Assembly: GCA_945871895.1 (NCBI GenBank)
Contig: CAMBXP010000004.1
Span: 1-55,142, forward strand
Direction of reading: 5' to 3'
Length of the DNA stretch: 55,142 bases
Source: Chryseobacterium gleum
Lineage (GTDB): Bacteria > Bacteroidota > Bacteroidia > Flavobacteriales_C > GCA-002722245
The position numbers and the translations under genes were made by a program. The notes under the pieces were generated by a model. The model had not been told where the DNA came from and did no database searches. It worked only from the letters and a program-made list of their open reading frames with translations. Each line of letters begins with the position of its first letter. Position 1 is the stretch's first letter. This document shows positions 1-10,800 of this stretch, in pieces.

Positions 1-28
1 CGACGGAAGACGAGCGCCAGAGGAAGGG

Positions 29-730
29 TTACCCCACACTCAATTTAAATCCTCTACCGTGCACATTCACAATTTCAATCGTGCTATCGTCTTTTAAATA
101 TTTACGCAACTTGGTAATGTAAACATCCATGCTTCTTGCGTTGAAATAACTGTCGTCTTTCCAAATGTGATTTAAGGCTACTGTTCTTTCTAAAACACTG
201 TTGGTATTTTCACTCAACATTCTCAATAATTCTGATTCCTTGCTGGTTAATTTATGATCACCAGCCGGACCTTTCAACAAACTATGATCATAGTCGAATT
301 GATATTTACCAATGGTGAAAATCTTTTTGTCGGCAGGCGCATTTGCAGCCCCCACCTTGGTTCTTCGCAACACAGCTTGTATACGCGCCAACAATTCTTC
401 CATAGTGAAAGGCTTGGTGATGTAATCATCTCCACCAGAACGAAATCCTTCTAATTTATCTTCTTTTAATGAACGTGCAGTAAGAAAAATAATAGGAATA
501 TTTTTATCGGTATTTCTTATTTCTTTAGCTAAAGTGAAACCGTCTTTAATAGGCATCATGATATCTAAAACGCACATGTCGTAAGTTGCAGCACTAAAGG
601 CTTTCAAACCCTTATCGCCATCTACTTCTAAAGTAGTATCGAAACCTTTTGCAATTAAATAATCTTTTAAAAGATTACCTAAATTACGGTCGTCTTCCAC
701 CAATAAAATTTTAGTTTTTTCTGTGCTCAT
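29..730 (-). CDS. OmpR/PhoB-family two-component response regulator (REC + winged-helix)
   Basis: ORF 29..778. REC motifs KILLVEDD, MCVLDIMMP, IIFLTA. C-terminal winged helix (LTSKESELLRML, VYITKLRKYL, VHGRGFKL). Start moved to ATG 730 (MSTEKTKILLVEDD), which overlaps the upstream kinase gene by 20 nt and implies an operon. Confidence 0.9.
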   Translation of the reverse strand: MSTEKTKILLVEDDRNLGNLLKDYLIAKGFDTTLEVDGDKGLKAFSAATYDMCVLDIMMPIKDGFTLAKEIRNTDKNIPIIFLTARSLKEDKLEGFRSGGDDYITKPFTMEELLARIQAVLRRTKVGAANAPADKKIFTIGKYQFDYDHSLLKGPAGDHKLTSKESELLRMLSENTNSVLERTVALNHIWKDDSYFNARSMDVYITKLRKYLKDDSTIEIVNVHGRGFKLSVG

Positions 731-2270
731 GATGTTGTTTTTTAGGGATAAATAAAATAAATGTGCTGCCTTCGCCAAGCTGACTCTTCACTTGAATTTC
801 GCCCTGGTGTTGATCTACAATGGCTTTAACGTAGCTCAAGCCTAAACCAAATCCTTTCACGTCGTGAAGATTTCCTGTATGTACGCGATACAATTTTTCG
901 AATATTTTTTTCTGTTCTTCTTTACCAATTCCAATTCCATTATCAGTTACTGAAATGGCAATTCCCGACTCCACATTTTTAGTCGAAATTTGAATCAATG
1001 GTTTTTCTTTTGAATACTTAATGGCGTTGTCAACCAAATTAGAAATAGCGTTGGTGAAATGCACTTTATCGGCTTCTACAAAAGGATCTTGCGCACCAAA
1101 ATCAACATCTATTCGTCCTTCACGCGCATCAACTTGCACATCAAAGCGAGAAGCAATGCTTAAAATAATTTCGTGAACATCTAATTCTGTTTTATTCAAT
1201 TTAAAATCGGGTCTATCCCACACCGCAGATTGCAATACATTTTCTACCAAAACGCCCAATCGTTTGTTCTCCTCATTTATCACTTCTACATAGTGGCCCA
1301 AACGCTCTTCACTCTGCGGAATATCTTTATCTTTAAGCACCTCGCAAGCCAATGAAATGGTAGAAATAGGTGTTTTCAATTCGTGCGTCATATTGTTGAT
1401 GAAATCGTTTTTCACAATCGCCAATTTCTTTTGTTTTAAAATCACATTTAGGCTATACCAAAAAACAAAAATGATAGTAGCGATAAACAAAATAGAAATG
1501 GCCATTACTCCACTCATCGATTGCAATAAAAAACCTTTTTCTCGCGGAAAATAAACACTTAAATAATTGGGGTACATAGAAAATTCACCCGGGAACATTT
1601 TAATTTTATAGGGCGTTTCCAGCAACATCTTATCAACAGCATCTTTCTCTTTTAAAAGCACACCGTTCATTTGCGACACCACCCCAAAATTCATTTCTGT
1701 ACTTATGTTCATGCGCTGAAATTCGGCTTCTAAAAGTAAGCGAACGATTTCTGGGTCGATTCGTTCTTCCACACGTAAATTTTGCATATTCATCAAATCG
1801 TTGATGATTTCACTTACCATGGTAGTTTTCTTTGACGTAGCAGATGGAAAAACATTTCCCTTCTTAAAATTTTCATTTCTACGATCTTTAAAACACTGTC
1901 TTAAAATCTCACGACGGTTTCTCTTGATATGAATACCGTCTGCAGTAACATATTCAGATACGCCACTTCTCTTTATTGATTCCTCGCTCAATTTAAAACA
2001 ACAAGAATCTCCAGGCGAAGCCATATCAATTAAGAGAGAAGACATGTCGGCAGGTACTTCTCCATTTAAATTATGATTTTTAATGTAATTGGCAGCTTCT
2101 ACTTTTTCGATGTTGTAAACCACTGTATTTAGCGCTCTACCAACATTTTCACCAAACTGCTGCTCTTTGATTTCCATGGCCGATTGCACCCAATAAAACT
2201 GGATAGAGGTTAGCCCCACTAGGGCAACCGTCATTAGCAAAACGAGCATTTTAATGTAAGATAACTTCAC
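711..2270 (-). CDS. Sensor histidine kinase (HisKA + HATPase_c), membrane bound
   Basis: H-box NDFINNMTHELKTPIS, N-box LVDNAIKYS, G-boxes DNGIGI and GFGLGLSY. N-terminal TM helix plus a second TM (VMAISILFIATIIFVFWY). The track start is GTG 2270; ATG 2249 is an alternative. Confidence 0.9.
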   Translation of the reverse strand: MKLSYIKMLVLLMTVALVGLTSIQFYWVQSAMEIKEQQFGENVGRALNTVVYNIEKVEAANYIKNHNLNGEVPADMSSLLIDMASPGDSCCFKLSEESIKRSGVSEYVTADGIHIKRNRREILRQCFKDRRNENFKKGNVFPSATSKKTTMVSEIINDLMNMQNLRVEERIDPEIVRLLLEAEFQRMNISTEMNFGVVSQMNGVLLKEKDAVDKMLLETPYKIKMFPGEFSMYPNYLSVYFPREKGFLLQSMSGVMAISILFIATIIFVFWYSLNVILKQKKLAIVKNDFINNMTHELKTPISTISLACEVLKDKDIPQSEERLGHYVEVINEENKRLGVLVENVLQSAVWDRPDFKLNKTELDVHEIILSIASRFDVQVDAREGRIDVDFGAQDPFVEADKVHFTNAISNLVDNAIKYSKEKPLIQISTKNVESGIAISVTDNGIGIGKEEQKKIFEKLYRVHTGNLHDVKGFGLGLSYVKAIVDQHQGEIQVKSQLGEGSTFILFIPKKQHHEHRKN

Positions 2271-2348
2271 AATTTACAGCATTGTGAGTAAATGTAAGGT
2301 AAAGTAGAAGAGTATAAAAAAGGGTTAACAATTATTAGGATTCTCTTA

Positions 2349-2372
2349 AAGGGCGAGCTGCTGCTCGCCCTT
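2349..2372. repeat. GC-rich singleton hairpin AAGGGCGAGC-TGCT-GCTCGCCCTT
   Basis: Perfect palindrome read directly. The stem GGGCGAGC/GCTCGCCC matches the arm hairpins of the element at 20833-20909. It lies just 3-prime of the minus-strand gene 2382..2630. Confidence 0.6.
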
Positions 2373-2381
2373 ACAGAACTC

Positions 2382-2630
2382 TTAATTCAAATACTCCACC
2401 GCAACAATGTCTTCTTTGCGCACCAGATGTTTCAATCTTTTAATTGCCTCTATTAAAAAAGCCGGATTATCGTTATTCAGTTTTCTCATTTCGCTGGAGT
2501 CGGCGAAATAATAATCCATTTTTCTTTTTTTATTGTTGTACACTGCCCAAAGAGTTCCAAATAGTTTTGTTCCATTGCTGAACTCAATTCGTGGGTAACG
2601 ATGCTGGTAGTTTAAAATGAAGTCTTCCAT
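2382..2630 (-). CDS. Hypothetical small protein (82 aa)
   Basis: ORF 2382..2771 trimmed to ATG 2630 (MEDFILNYQHRYPRIEF...). The longer N-terminus runs through the terminator hairpin of the upstream gene. No family recognised. Confidence 0.45.
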   Translation of the reverse strand: MEDFILNYQHRYPRIEFSNGTKLFGTLWAVYNNKKRKMDYYFADSSEMRKLNNDNPAFLIEAIKRLKHLVRKEDIVAVEYLN

Positions 2631-2700
2631 AAGCAGTAATTTTAATGAATAAAATTTGCACGAAATACAAATAGCAAGTACTGTGCTAGTATAACGCAAA

Positions 2701-2732
2701 CAAAAAAGCGACGTTGCTATAACAACATCGCT
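2701..2732 (-). terminator. Rho-independent terminator after the MazG-like gene
   Basis: Minus-strand RNA AGCGAUGUUG-UUAUAG-CAACGUCGCU (10-bp stem, one G-U pair) followed by UUUUUUG. Confidence 0.7.
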
Positions 2733-2778
2733 TTTTACTAACAAAATCAAGACCTCTGTTGATAACCTCAACGAGAAA

Positions 2779-3171
2779 TTATTTCTCTAATATAGATTTG
2801 ATATCGGGTTTAAAATAGTTGGGACCTTTCATCACCTTGCCATCTTCGCGGTGGATAGGTTTTCCGTCGGCACCCAACTTCGACATATTACTTCTTTGAA
2901 TTTCATCAAAAACTTCTTCCATTTTATGCTGCAAACCATGCTTCAACATAGTGCCACACAAAATGTACAATTGATCACCTAAAGCATCGGCAATTTCAAC
3001 GATATCGCCATTCAAGGCAGCTTCTAAATACTCTTCGTTTTCTTCTTTAATTAAATCGTGGCGCAACTGAATTTCTTCTTTGCTCAACGCTGTAGTTGGC
3101 GCTTCGTTGTTTTGAATTCCAAAAGCTTCATGAAATTCTTTAACCTTATTTATTTTATCTATTAGCGACAT
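2779..3171 (-). CDS. MazG-like nucleoside-triphosphate pyrophosphohydrolase family protein (all-alpha NTP-PPase)
   Basis: 130 aa. Shows the acidic metal-binding pattern typical of small MazG-like proteins (LIKEENEEYLEA ... EIADALGDQLY ... VFDEIQRSNMSK). A 3-nt gap to the upstream ORF 3174..3545 suggests an operon. Confidence 0.7.
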   Translation of the reverse strand: MSLIDKINKVKEFHEAFGIQNNEAPTTALSKEEIQLRHDLIKEENEEYLEAALNGDIVEIADALGDQLYILCGTMLKHGLQHKMEEVFDEIQRSNMSKLGADGKPIHREDGKVMKGPNYFKPDIKSILEK

Positions 3172-3173
3172 AA

Positions 3174-3545
3174 TTAGCCCAATTCTATATCTCTTAATTT
3201 TGCAGGTATGGTTTCTACATCGAAGAAATAACCTTGCGCAAAACCGCTATCCCAAATAGCACTGTCATTCAGCAACTCAATTTCAATCACTTCTTCTTCT
3301 TCGCTTTTTTCCACATCGAAAGAAAAAATTAAAGAATTAGAAACAGCCACTTCTTCTTTAAATTTTGCTCCTTCCACCACAATAACTTTGCAGTTTGGAA
3401 TTTCAAAATCTTCTGAATTTCCTTCACCATCAAACAGAGTGAGCTTAAATACTGGCTCATCTTTAATGGTAATACTTTTTACCGGTTCATCCGGATTGGT
3501 AGAAAACGAATGTTCTCCTGAGTTGATTAAAATTGTTGCTTGCAC
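3174..3545 (-). CDS. Hypothetical acidic protein (123 aa)
   Basis: Clean ORF tightly coupled to the MazG-like gene. Very acidic (EKSEEEEVIEIE). No recognisable motif. Confidence 0.55.
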   Translation of the reverse strand: MQATILINSGEHSFSTNPDEPVKSITIKDEPVFKLTLFDGEGNSEDFEIPNCKVIVVEGAKFKEEVAVSNSLIFSFDVEKSEEEEVIEIELLNDSAIWDSGFAQGYFFDVETIPAKLRDIELG

Positions 3546-3573
3546 AGTGCTTTTTTTTCAAAGATAGCAGAAA

Positions 3574-3602
3574 CAAAAAAAGCGGCAAGAAATATTGCCG
3601 CT
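3574..3602 (-). terminator. Rho-independent terminator after the 1205-aa T9SS gene
   Basis: AGCGGCAA-GAAATA-TTGCCGCT hairpin. On the minus strand it is followed by a U7 run (plus-strand A-run 3574-3580). Confidence 0.75.
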
Positions 3603-3622
3603 TTTAATGATTTTATCTTTTT

Positions 3623-6600
3623 TTATTCTGCAAGTACCTGCACCCATCCCGTTTGCTCGCAATTGTTGTGCGCCGAATCGGTGTAACGCACTACGTAATA
3701 ATAAACTGCAGACGCAACTCTATTACCTTGATAAGTGCAATCCCATCTAGGCAAAGTGTTTAACGATTGAAATACGCGAACACCCCATCTGTCGTAAACT
3801 TGAAGATCTATATGCAGTATATTGTTTACTATACTTTTGTAATTCCCATCGTTAATTAAAATTTTATCGTCTTTACAAGGAATAAATTCGTCATTGTTTC
3901 CATCGCCATTTGGTGTAACAACGTTAGGGAAGCACAATTCGGTAGGCTCACAAAAATCGGTAAACATAGCGCTATCAGAAGCGGCGCAATCGAAACTATT
4001 GGTTACCGTAACTTTTACTTCACCCGCTTTAATTACAGCAGTATTATTTATTAAAGAACCATCAGACCAATTGTATGTTTTGAAACCAGCTGGAACAAAC
4101 ACATTGATTACATCTTTACCTGTAAAGCAGGCCGAGCTATCATTGATATTAAGCACTGGCAATGGACGAATAGTAATATCCACCGTGTCACCACCAATAC
4201 AACCTCTGTTATCCATTACCAAAACTCCGTATAACCCAGACGCTGTAACTGTTAATGTTGCTTGATTGGCACCTGAAGGATACCATGTGTAATTAGGCGA
4301 AGCAAAGGGACCATACTGCGCTGCGTTCAACACAATAGATTGATCGGCACACACTTCTTTTGGTCCGCCAAAATCAACATGTAAAGTATCATCCATGGTA
4401 ATATTCGCAAAAGCAGTATCGCTGCAACCTTTAGCATTGGTTACTTTCACCCAAACAGTACTATTTGGAATACTGTAATGAATGGTATCTTTATTTACTC
4501 CACTAACCCCTGTGCTCCACTCATAAAAATCAAAAGTAGAAGGAGAAGGTTGAAGAACGATGAATCCACCCGGACAAACAGCAGAATCAGCCAAAGTAAG
4601 CACTGGTAAAGTATCAACTGTAAGCGTTGCAGTAATACTATTGGTACACGTAGTTGAAGGGTCGGTGTAGGTATAGGTTATTGTTGCCGGACTCGCTGCC
4701 AGCGAAGGGTTGAACAATGGAGGTGCTAACATTCCGCTTGATGCAGAATACGTTCCACCAAGAGGAGAACCTCCTGTAACATTAAATGGTGCTAAATCTT
4801 CACAAACATTAGGAAAAGGAATCGTAAATGATACCTGTGGCAATGGATTTACTCTGATGGTATCCGCAGCAGTATTCGTGCAAGTAAAGGCATCGGTATG
4901 AGAGTACGTTATGGTATGTGTACCCGCACCAGCAACAGAAGGATTAAAACTACCGCCTGAAACACCAGATCCGCTATAGGTTCCAGGAGTTGGATTCCCT
5001 CCAGATAAAACAATGGAAGCCGCATCAATACAGATAGTGGCTGTAGGAATATTCAAAGTAACAACAGGCAAATCATGCACAGTTAAAGTAGACGATGCTG
5101 AATCGGTACAACCCGAAGCAGTTACTTGATACGTAATTGTTTTTGCACCTACTCCAGCCGCAGCGGGATTAAAATTACCTGCAGAAACACCAGGCCCAGT
5201 ATAAGTTCCACCACTTGGCGAACCACCAGCTAAAGCAAAAGATGATTCATTGATACAAGCTTCATCTTTGCTTAAATTTAAAGTAACCACAGGCAATGGT
5301 GTTATGGTGAGAAAAGCATTATCACTAGCAGTGCACCCATTTAAGGTAACCGTAACGGTATATGCACCCGCCGTAGACGTAGATAATGTTTGTGAAGAAC
5401 CAGTAATTAAGCCCGGACCAACCCAAGAATAAAGATTAAAACCAGCACCAGCATCAAAGGTGTGAGCTGCTTGGCCAAAGCATTGTGTATGATCGGCAAC
5501 AGAAACAACAGGTAAAGGTTTAATCAGTATAGTTCTTTCGGCAAAAGACGAACAACCCACTTTTGGAGTGGTTAAAGTAAACCTTACTACATAAGAACCT
5601 GCTGCCGAATTATTTCCATTAAAAGTACTACCTGTGATAGTAGCTGAATGGCCAACTGGACCGCCTTCAATGCTCCATGTACCCGCCTCTGCGGTAAGTT
5701 TGTACGTATTTAGGGTAATTGTTTCGCTTGGACAAATAGAAGGAATTGAATTGGCTAAAGCTGTGTCGGGACAAGATGCACAATTATCTACTTGAATGTT
5801 TATTGTATCATCTACGCCACAGCGAGTAAAAATAATTTGCCATGTTCCAACTCCTGCAATACCAGGAGCGAAAGTTCCTGAAGTAGCATTGGTAATACAA
5901 GCACCGCAATCAGCAGTATATGTTCCTGCAGGTGTACCTCCTTCAGCACTAGACCCAGCGCAATACCAATTGGTAGCCAAATCAACTGGCGCATCATTAT
6001 TGCACAAAGGCCCTACCTCTGAAATATCTGGCTCATCCGTTGGAGGCAAATACATAGTAGGCAAACCGCTATAGCCTACAGAACCAGGAATGATAGATGC
6101 CACGAAAGGACCTCCAGCATTAACATTACCTGTATACTTTTGAATAGGATTTCCACCAAATGGTCCACAACCCATATATAAATTACCATCGGGACCAATT
6201 TCAATAGCTTGGAAAGTAGTAGCAATTCCTGTAGAAGTTCGGGAATTTGTCATGGTTGGTTGAGTCCATGAAGAAATATCGTAATAAATTAAACTGCCAT
6301 TTTGCGTTGAAATATAAACTTTTGAACCATCAGGAGAAAACAAAACATCGTATGGATTGTCTAAAGTGGCAGGTGCAGTTAATACCTGTTGGTCACTTAT
6401 TGCACCAGTGGCGCTGTTGAATTTATACGCACAAACATCTCTTCCACCACCAACTGCAAAGGCAGAAGCAAAATATTGTCCGTTTGAAGAAAAAGATAAA
6501 CCTCCTCTTTCCCCCTGTCCCCCACCTCTAGTAGTATTCAACGCTGTAGTTGGATTATATACGATAGGGGTACTCACCAATCCAGTGCAAGTCAGTAAAT

Positions 6601-7240
6601 AGGTGTAAACCGAAGCAGGATTTGCCGCACTCATCACACTAATCCATATATCTACGCCATTAGAATGTTTTGTAGCTGCAATACCCTCTGCAGTCCTATA
6701 AGCACCTAATCTTGTTGGCGCAGTAACAACATTGCCAGCACTATTAAAAACGGCATAATTAAATCCGTTGGTTACTCCTTGCCCTTGGGCATCGTCAGTA
6801 GTGAAAATATAATAATTACTAGGGTCTAATGGATGTTTAACAATGATTACGCCTTGCACTGCACTACCATTATTACCTGTTAAACCAGCTTCATTACCCT
6901 CAAGCAAACCAGAGTACTTTAAAACTCCATTTTTATCCCAAAGCTTTCTACCATTAGTAAAAAACAATAAATTCCCTTGGTCATCACTAGCGGCAGCAAC
7001 ACCTTCATACTGCGCCACTTGATTGACCCCAACTGTTCCATGTGTAGTTAAAGTATTGGTCGTCCAATTGTAGGTTTGTCCTGTCCATTGATTACCAGCC
7101 GCAAAAAACCAATTATTATGAGATGGCCACTCCCAGGCGTATTGCGAATTATTAGGGCATTGCGCCTCCAAAGAAGTTTGGAGTGAAAATGCCATCATAC
7201 AAAGCAGGGTGGCACGAAAAGAAAGATTTAAAAAAGTCAT
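3623..7240 (-). CDS. Giant secreted surface protein with T9SS type B (gliding-associated, CHU_C-like) C-terminal sorting domain
   Basis: Signal peptide MTFLNLSFRATLLCMMAFSLQTSLEAQ. Propeller-like N-terminal half (SPDGSKVYIS, IGPDGNLYMG). About 8 Cys-containing Ig-like repeats (PLPVV.., C..G). C-terminal CFPNVVTPNGDGNNDEF ... DRWGVRVF ... WDC block. Confidence 0.85.
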   Translation of the reverse strand: MTFLNLSFRATLLCMMAFSLQTSLEAQCPNNSQYAWEWPSHNNWFFAAGNQWTGQTYNWTTNTLTTHGTVGVNQVAQYEGVAAASDDQGNLLFFTNGRKLWDKNGVLKYSGLLEGNEAGLTGNNGSAVQGVIIVKHPLDPSNYYIFTTDDAQGQGVTNGFNYAVFNSAGNVVTAPTRLGAYRTAEGIAATKHSNGVDIWISVMSAANPASVYTYLLTCTGLVSTPIVYNPTTALNTTRGGGQGERGGLSFSSNGQYFASAFAVGGGRDVCAYKFNSATGAISDQQVLTAPATLDNPYDVLFSPDGSKVYISTQNGSLIYYDISSWTQPTMTNSRTSTGIATTFQAIEIGPDGNLYMGCGPFGGNPIQKYTGNVNAGGPFVASIIPGSVGYSGLPTMYLPPTDEPDISEVGPLCNNDAPVDLATNWYCAGSSAEGGTPAGTYTADCGACITNATSGTFAPGIAGVGTWQIIFTRCGVDDTINIQVDNCASCPDTALANSIPSICPSETITLNTYKLTAEAGTWSIEGGPVGHSATITGSTFNGNNSAAGSYVVRFTLTTPKVGCSSFAERTILIKPLPVVSVADHTQCFGQAAHTFDAGAGFNLYSWVGPGLITGSSQTLSTSTAGAYTVTVTLNGCTASDNAFLTITPLPVVTLNLSKDEACINESSFALAGGSPSGGTYTGPGVSAGNFNPAAAGVGAKTITYQVTASGCTDSASSTLTVHDLPVVTLNIPTATICIDAASIVLSGGNPTPGTYSGSGVSGGSFNPSVAGAGTHTITYSHTDAFTCTNTAADTIRVNPLPQVSFTIPFPNVCEDLAPFNVTGGSPLGGTYSASSGMLAPPLFNPSLAASPATITYTYTDPSTTCTNSITATLTVDTLPVLTLADSAVCPGGFIVLQPSPSTFDFYEWSTGVSGVNKDTIHYSIPNSTVWVKVTNAKGCSDTAFANITMDDTLHVDFGGPKEVCADQSIVLNAAQYGPFASPNYTWYPSGANQATLTVTASGLYGVLVMDNRGCIGGDTVDITIRPLPVLNINDSSACFTGKDVINVFVPAGFKTYNWSDGSLINNTAVIKAGEVKVTVTNSFDCAASDSAMFTDFCEPTELCFPNVVTPNGDGNNDEFIPCKDDKILINDGNYKSIVNNILHIDLQVYDRWGVRVFQSLNTLPRWDCTYQGNRVASAVYYYVVRYTDSAHNNCEQTGWVQVLAE

Positions 7241-7418
7241 ACTTATCTTTTTAAAGTGTGAAATTGTAAGAAGCTAAATGGCCATTAACAACTAATTCAT
7301 CACAAAAGTAGAAACGCAGCAGTTATCTAACTAGATTGAAAACTTGCCATACGTTGCCTTAAAATCAAAAATATTTTTAGGATTGAAATTAAAAGAGGGT
7401 GCGATTGCAAAGAGTTTA

Positions 7419-7426
7419 TTACATTT
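7419..7426 (+). promoter_or_regulatory. Candidate Bacteroidota -7 promoter box TACATTTG
   Basis: Matches the TAnnTTTG consensus 22 nt upstream of ATG 7448. There is no well-spaced -33 TTG, so support is weak. Confidence 0.25.
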
Positions 7427-7447
7427 GCCCCCTATAAAAAATTTAAT

Positions 7448-7786
7448 ATGAAAGATTCAAAAGCCAATCAATTGCTCGACGAGTTAGCAAAAAGCTCAGA
7501 ACAAAACTTTGACGTTGCGGCAATCGCTTCAAAACTTACCGATATTAGAGCTTATGCTCTTAAAGAAGAAGATCCTTTGGTAACTAAACTCTTGCGTTTA
7601 TCTAAAGAATATATCGAACAAAACGAGGTTTTCGATTTAGTTTTTGATGGGCCAGAAGAAGATGAAAACAAATTTTCATATTTCCTTAACCTTTTGAAAG
7701 GTTCTGAGAACAAATACAACCGCGAAGAATTAGGCGAAGTAAGAGATATCTTAATGGGCAGAAAAAAAGTTGAAGAGGAGGAATAA
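7448..7786 (+). CDS. Hypothetical acidic helical protein (112 aa)
   Basis: Clean ORF followed by a strong terminator. No family recognised. Confidence 0.55.
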   Translation: MKDSKANQLLDELAKSSEQNFDVAAIASKLTDIRAYALKEEDPLVTKLLRLSKEYIEQNEVFDLVFDGPEEDENKFSYFLNLLKGSENKYNREELGEVRDILMGRKKVEEEE

Positions 7787-7801
7787 TTTCAGCCATAAAG
7801 T

Positions 7802-7842
7802 AAAAAAAGCCCCTCTCGTATGCTAACGAGCGGGGCTTTTTT
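7802..7842. terminator. Bidirectional rho-independent terminator between convergent genes
   Basis: A7 run, then GCCCCTCTCG-TATGCTAA-CGAGCGGGGC (one mismatch), then T6 run. It lies between 7448..7786 (+) and 7869..12368 (-). Confidence 0.8.
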
Positions 7843-7868
7843 ACACCCTAAAACAACCCAAAAATTCA

Positions 7869-10800
7869 TTAATAAATTACGGCAATACTGCCTATACGCT
7901 CTTTTTTTGATAAGACACCGCTCTCATTATTTACCGAATACAATATTTTATATACGTAAACATCTTCTTGCACCAAGTGGCTATTGTATTTACCATCCCA
8001 GCCGGTGCCAATATCTGTGCTTCTAAAGATTTGCTCACCCCAACGATTAAAGATGAGCATTTCAAAATCTTTCACGTTGCTGCCTACAGCCAAAAATTGA
8101 TTGTTCGTTCCATCGCCATTGGGCGTGAAAGCATTGGGGACAAAGAATGAAGTTGGACAATAATCTATGATTTTTACTTCATCGCTTACCGCGCATTTAT
8201 CTTCACTCAAAACCACCTTAAAAACTCCTCCGCCATTTACTTCGATAGATGCCGCAGTTTCACCTGTACTCCACAAATAAGAATATTCGCTTGCGGTGGT
8301 ATCGAGCGTGATGTTTATTGGTCCGTCATCTTCGAAACAACGAGAAGCTTGTACACCATTAATAAATTTACTCAATACATTTTTAGGCAAAACAACTTCC
8401 TTCAAATAAACAGTATCGTATGCAGAACAATTGCCATTGCTCACTTTTACCGAATAAGAACCACTATTATCTACCACAATGATGGGTGTTGTAGCTTGTA
8501 CATTCCACAAGTAAGTGCTACCAGCATTAGTTGCATTCAAAGCCAAAGTCTCTCCTTCACAAATACGAATACTGTCTTGTCCGTTCAACAAATCAAGCAC
8601 AGGATAAGCTTTAAAATCAACGCGAATAGTATCTTTCGCAGAGCAAGAAAAAGTATCGGTAACGGTTACAAAATAAGAGGCTGTATTCTGCACCAATAAA
8701 GAATTAGCCGTAGAATTATCACCCCACAAATAAGTTAAACTTGAAGATGGAGATTGAGGCTGTAGAAGAATAGTGCTTCCCACGCAAGTATCGATATCGT
8801 TACCTAAAGCCATAATTGGTTTAGCATGCACACTCACCAAAACGGCAGTATCGGCAGAACAACCTGTGGTATTGCTTGTTACTTCGATAGAATACGAAGC
8901 GCCAACAGAAGTATTGATTTTAGCGGTAGTTTCGTTAGTACTCCACAAATAAGAATAGCCTACTCCATAATCGAAACCAATAGTTGCGGCAGCTCCGCTA
9001 CAAACAGAAGCGGTGGTTGGAATTAATGTAATGTTAGGCAAAGCTTTTAATGAAACCTGAAAACTATCTGCACCGCTGCAGCCATTGCCATCATCAACAG
9101 TTAACGAAATTCTTTGTGCAGAAGTAACAACAATACTTTGAGTTGTTGCCCCTGTGCTCCATAAAAAATTATAGCCAGTTGAATAGGGCGAACTAAGAAG
9201 CACAGAGCTTTTGGCACAAAAGGAAGTGTCGGGCAAATTAAACACTAACGAACTATTTTCTTTCACATAAATACTGTCTTTGTTGCTACACAATTTACTG
9301 TCGGTTACCGTGAGTTTATACCAACCTTCTGCCGAAGCAATCACGCTATCTGCCGTTCCGCTTCCTGCGCCAGACCATTGATAGGTGAAAGCACCTGCTC
9401 CTCCTGTGACCATTGGATTAAGGGTGATATTACTTCCCGGACAAATAAACACGCTATCTACACTGGTAATTGCAATCGTAGGATTTAAAGTCACATTAAT
9501 CGTGTCTTTGTTTTTACATCCCTTGGCATCGGTGGCTTGAAGCGTGTATTGTCCGATAGTATTCACCAAAATACCCGCCGATGTTTCATTAGTGCTCCAC
9601 AAATAAGACGAAAATGAAGTGGTGGCTTTTAAGGAATCTGAACCATTGGGACACAAAATCTTATCTGCTCCTAAACTCACTGTTGGCAGTGCATTCACAT
9701 TTACAATGGCACTACCTTGTCCGGTTGTATCACACGTTGCATCCCACACAGAATCCACCTTATAAGTGCCGGCATTCTTCGCGTAAAAAGTATAAGTATT
9801 GGCGTTGATAGTAGAAACCATCCATTTTGTTGCACCATTACTCAACTTGATTTTGAATGGTTTTGTTCCTGTTAAAGCAACCGATAATTGCGTGCTGTCT
9901 CCTACACAAAATGATTTTGTTCCGCTCATCACAGCCTTTGGCGGCGTGCATGCTAAACAGTGGTAGGGAACAAAAACAGTATCGGTTAAAGTACATTGTG
10001 TGTTGGCTGTATTGGTTGCAACAACAGTGTAGGTAGTTGGATTCAAGCCCGAAACATTTGCTGGGGTTCCAGCTATAGCGCCTGGATTCCACACATAAGT
10101 ATAATTGCCAGGAGTGTAAGGACAGTTCACCACATAATTAAAAGCAGTATAATTTTGATACTGTTGAGCAGTACCAATAGGTATCAATTGATTTAAAACT
10201 TTAACACCATTTGGATCTTTTATATAGACTTCAATAGGCGCATTTTGCTGATTGTATCCTGCTACACCCGTGCATGACCCTGACGAAGGCTGCACCTCCA
10301 CCTCGAATTTAATGCTCTCACCCGAACACATTTTGAAAGTAGCTTTTGTAGGTCGAGGATATGCATTTACCAACACATCTTTGCGCAAACGCATGGCTGC
10401 TCCGTTACTTGGAGTAATAATTACAAAAACATCTCGTTCCCACGCAGCATAAGGGGTATCAAAATATACACTCCACTCGCATTCACAATCATCTTGCTCT
10501 AATTTTGTTTTTAAAACAGCATCGCAGGCAGTCATACTTTGCACAGAAGCCGTCAATTTTTCGTTCATTGGTGTTGTGAATTTTACTTCTGCGGATAATT
10601 TGAATTTGCAGTTGGCCGAAACATTATCTTGAATGGTAATATTGTAAACACCATCGGGCAAATTCGCAATGGAAATAGAAGAACTGGTTCCTGTTTTTGT
10701 ACCACCAAATTCATCACTTTCATAAGTAATGGTGTAATTACTCGAACCTGTAATATTTAAATTTATGGTGCCTCCGTGCATATTCTGACAAGGAGTATTT

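Noticed and set aside
1-28. GC-rich 28 nt at the window edge (CGACGGAAGACGAGCGCCAGAGGAAGGG), possibly part of another palindromic element.
   Set aside because: It is truncated by the window boundary, and no partner arm is visible, so nothing can be supported.
2631-2771. Longer version (129 aa) of ORF 2382..2771.
   Set aside because: The extra 47 codons run through the rho-independent terminator of the upstream MazG-like gene and encode a Cys/Leu-rich nonsense-like peptide. The internal ATG at 2630 gives a compact 82-aa product.
3894-6602. Antisense ORFs of 60-123 aa inside the 1205-aa T9SS gene (3894..4265, 4710..4901, 5250..5432, 5796..6074, 6357..6602), and similar ones inside the 1499-aa gene (7968..10452).
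   Set aside because: They lie entirely within, and opposite to, long ORFs with clear domain structure. Their products are low-complexity mirror translations with no motifs. This is typical of shadow ORFs in repeat-rich Thr/Gly/Ser/Asn-coding genes.
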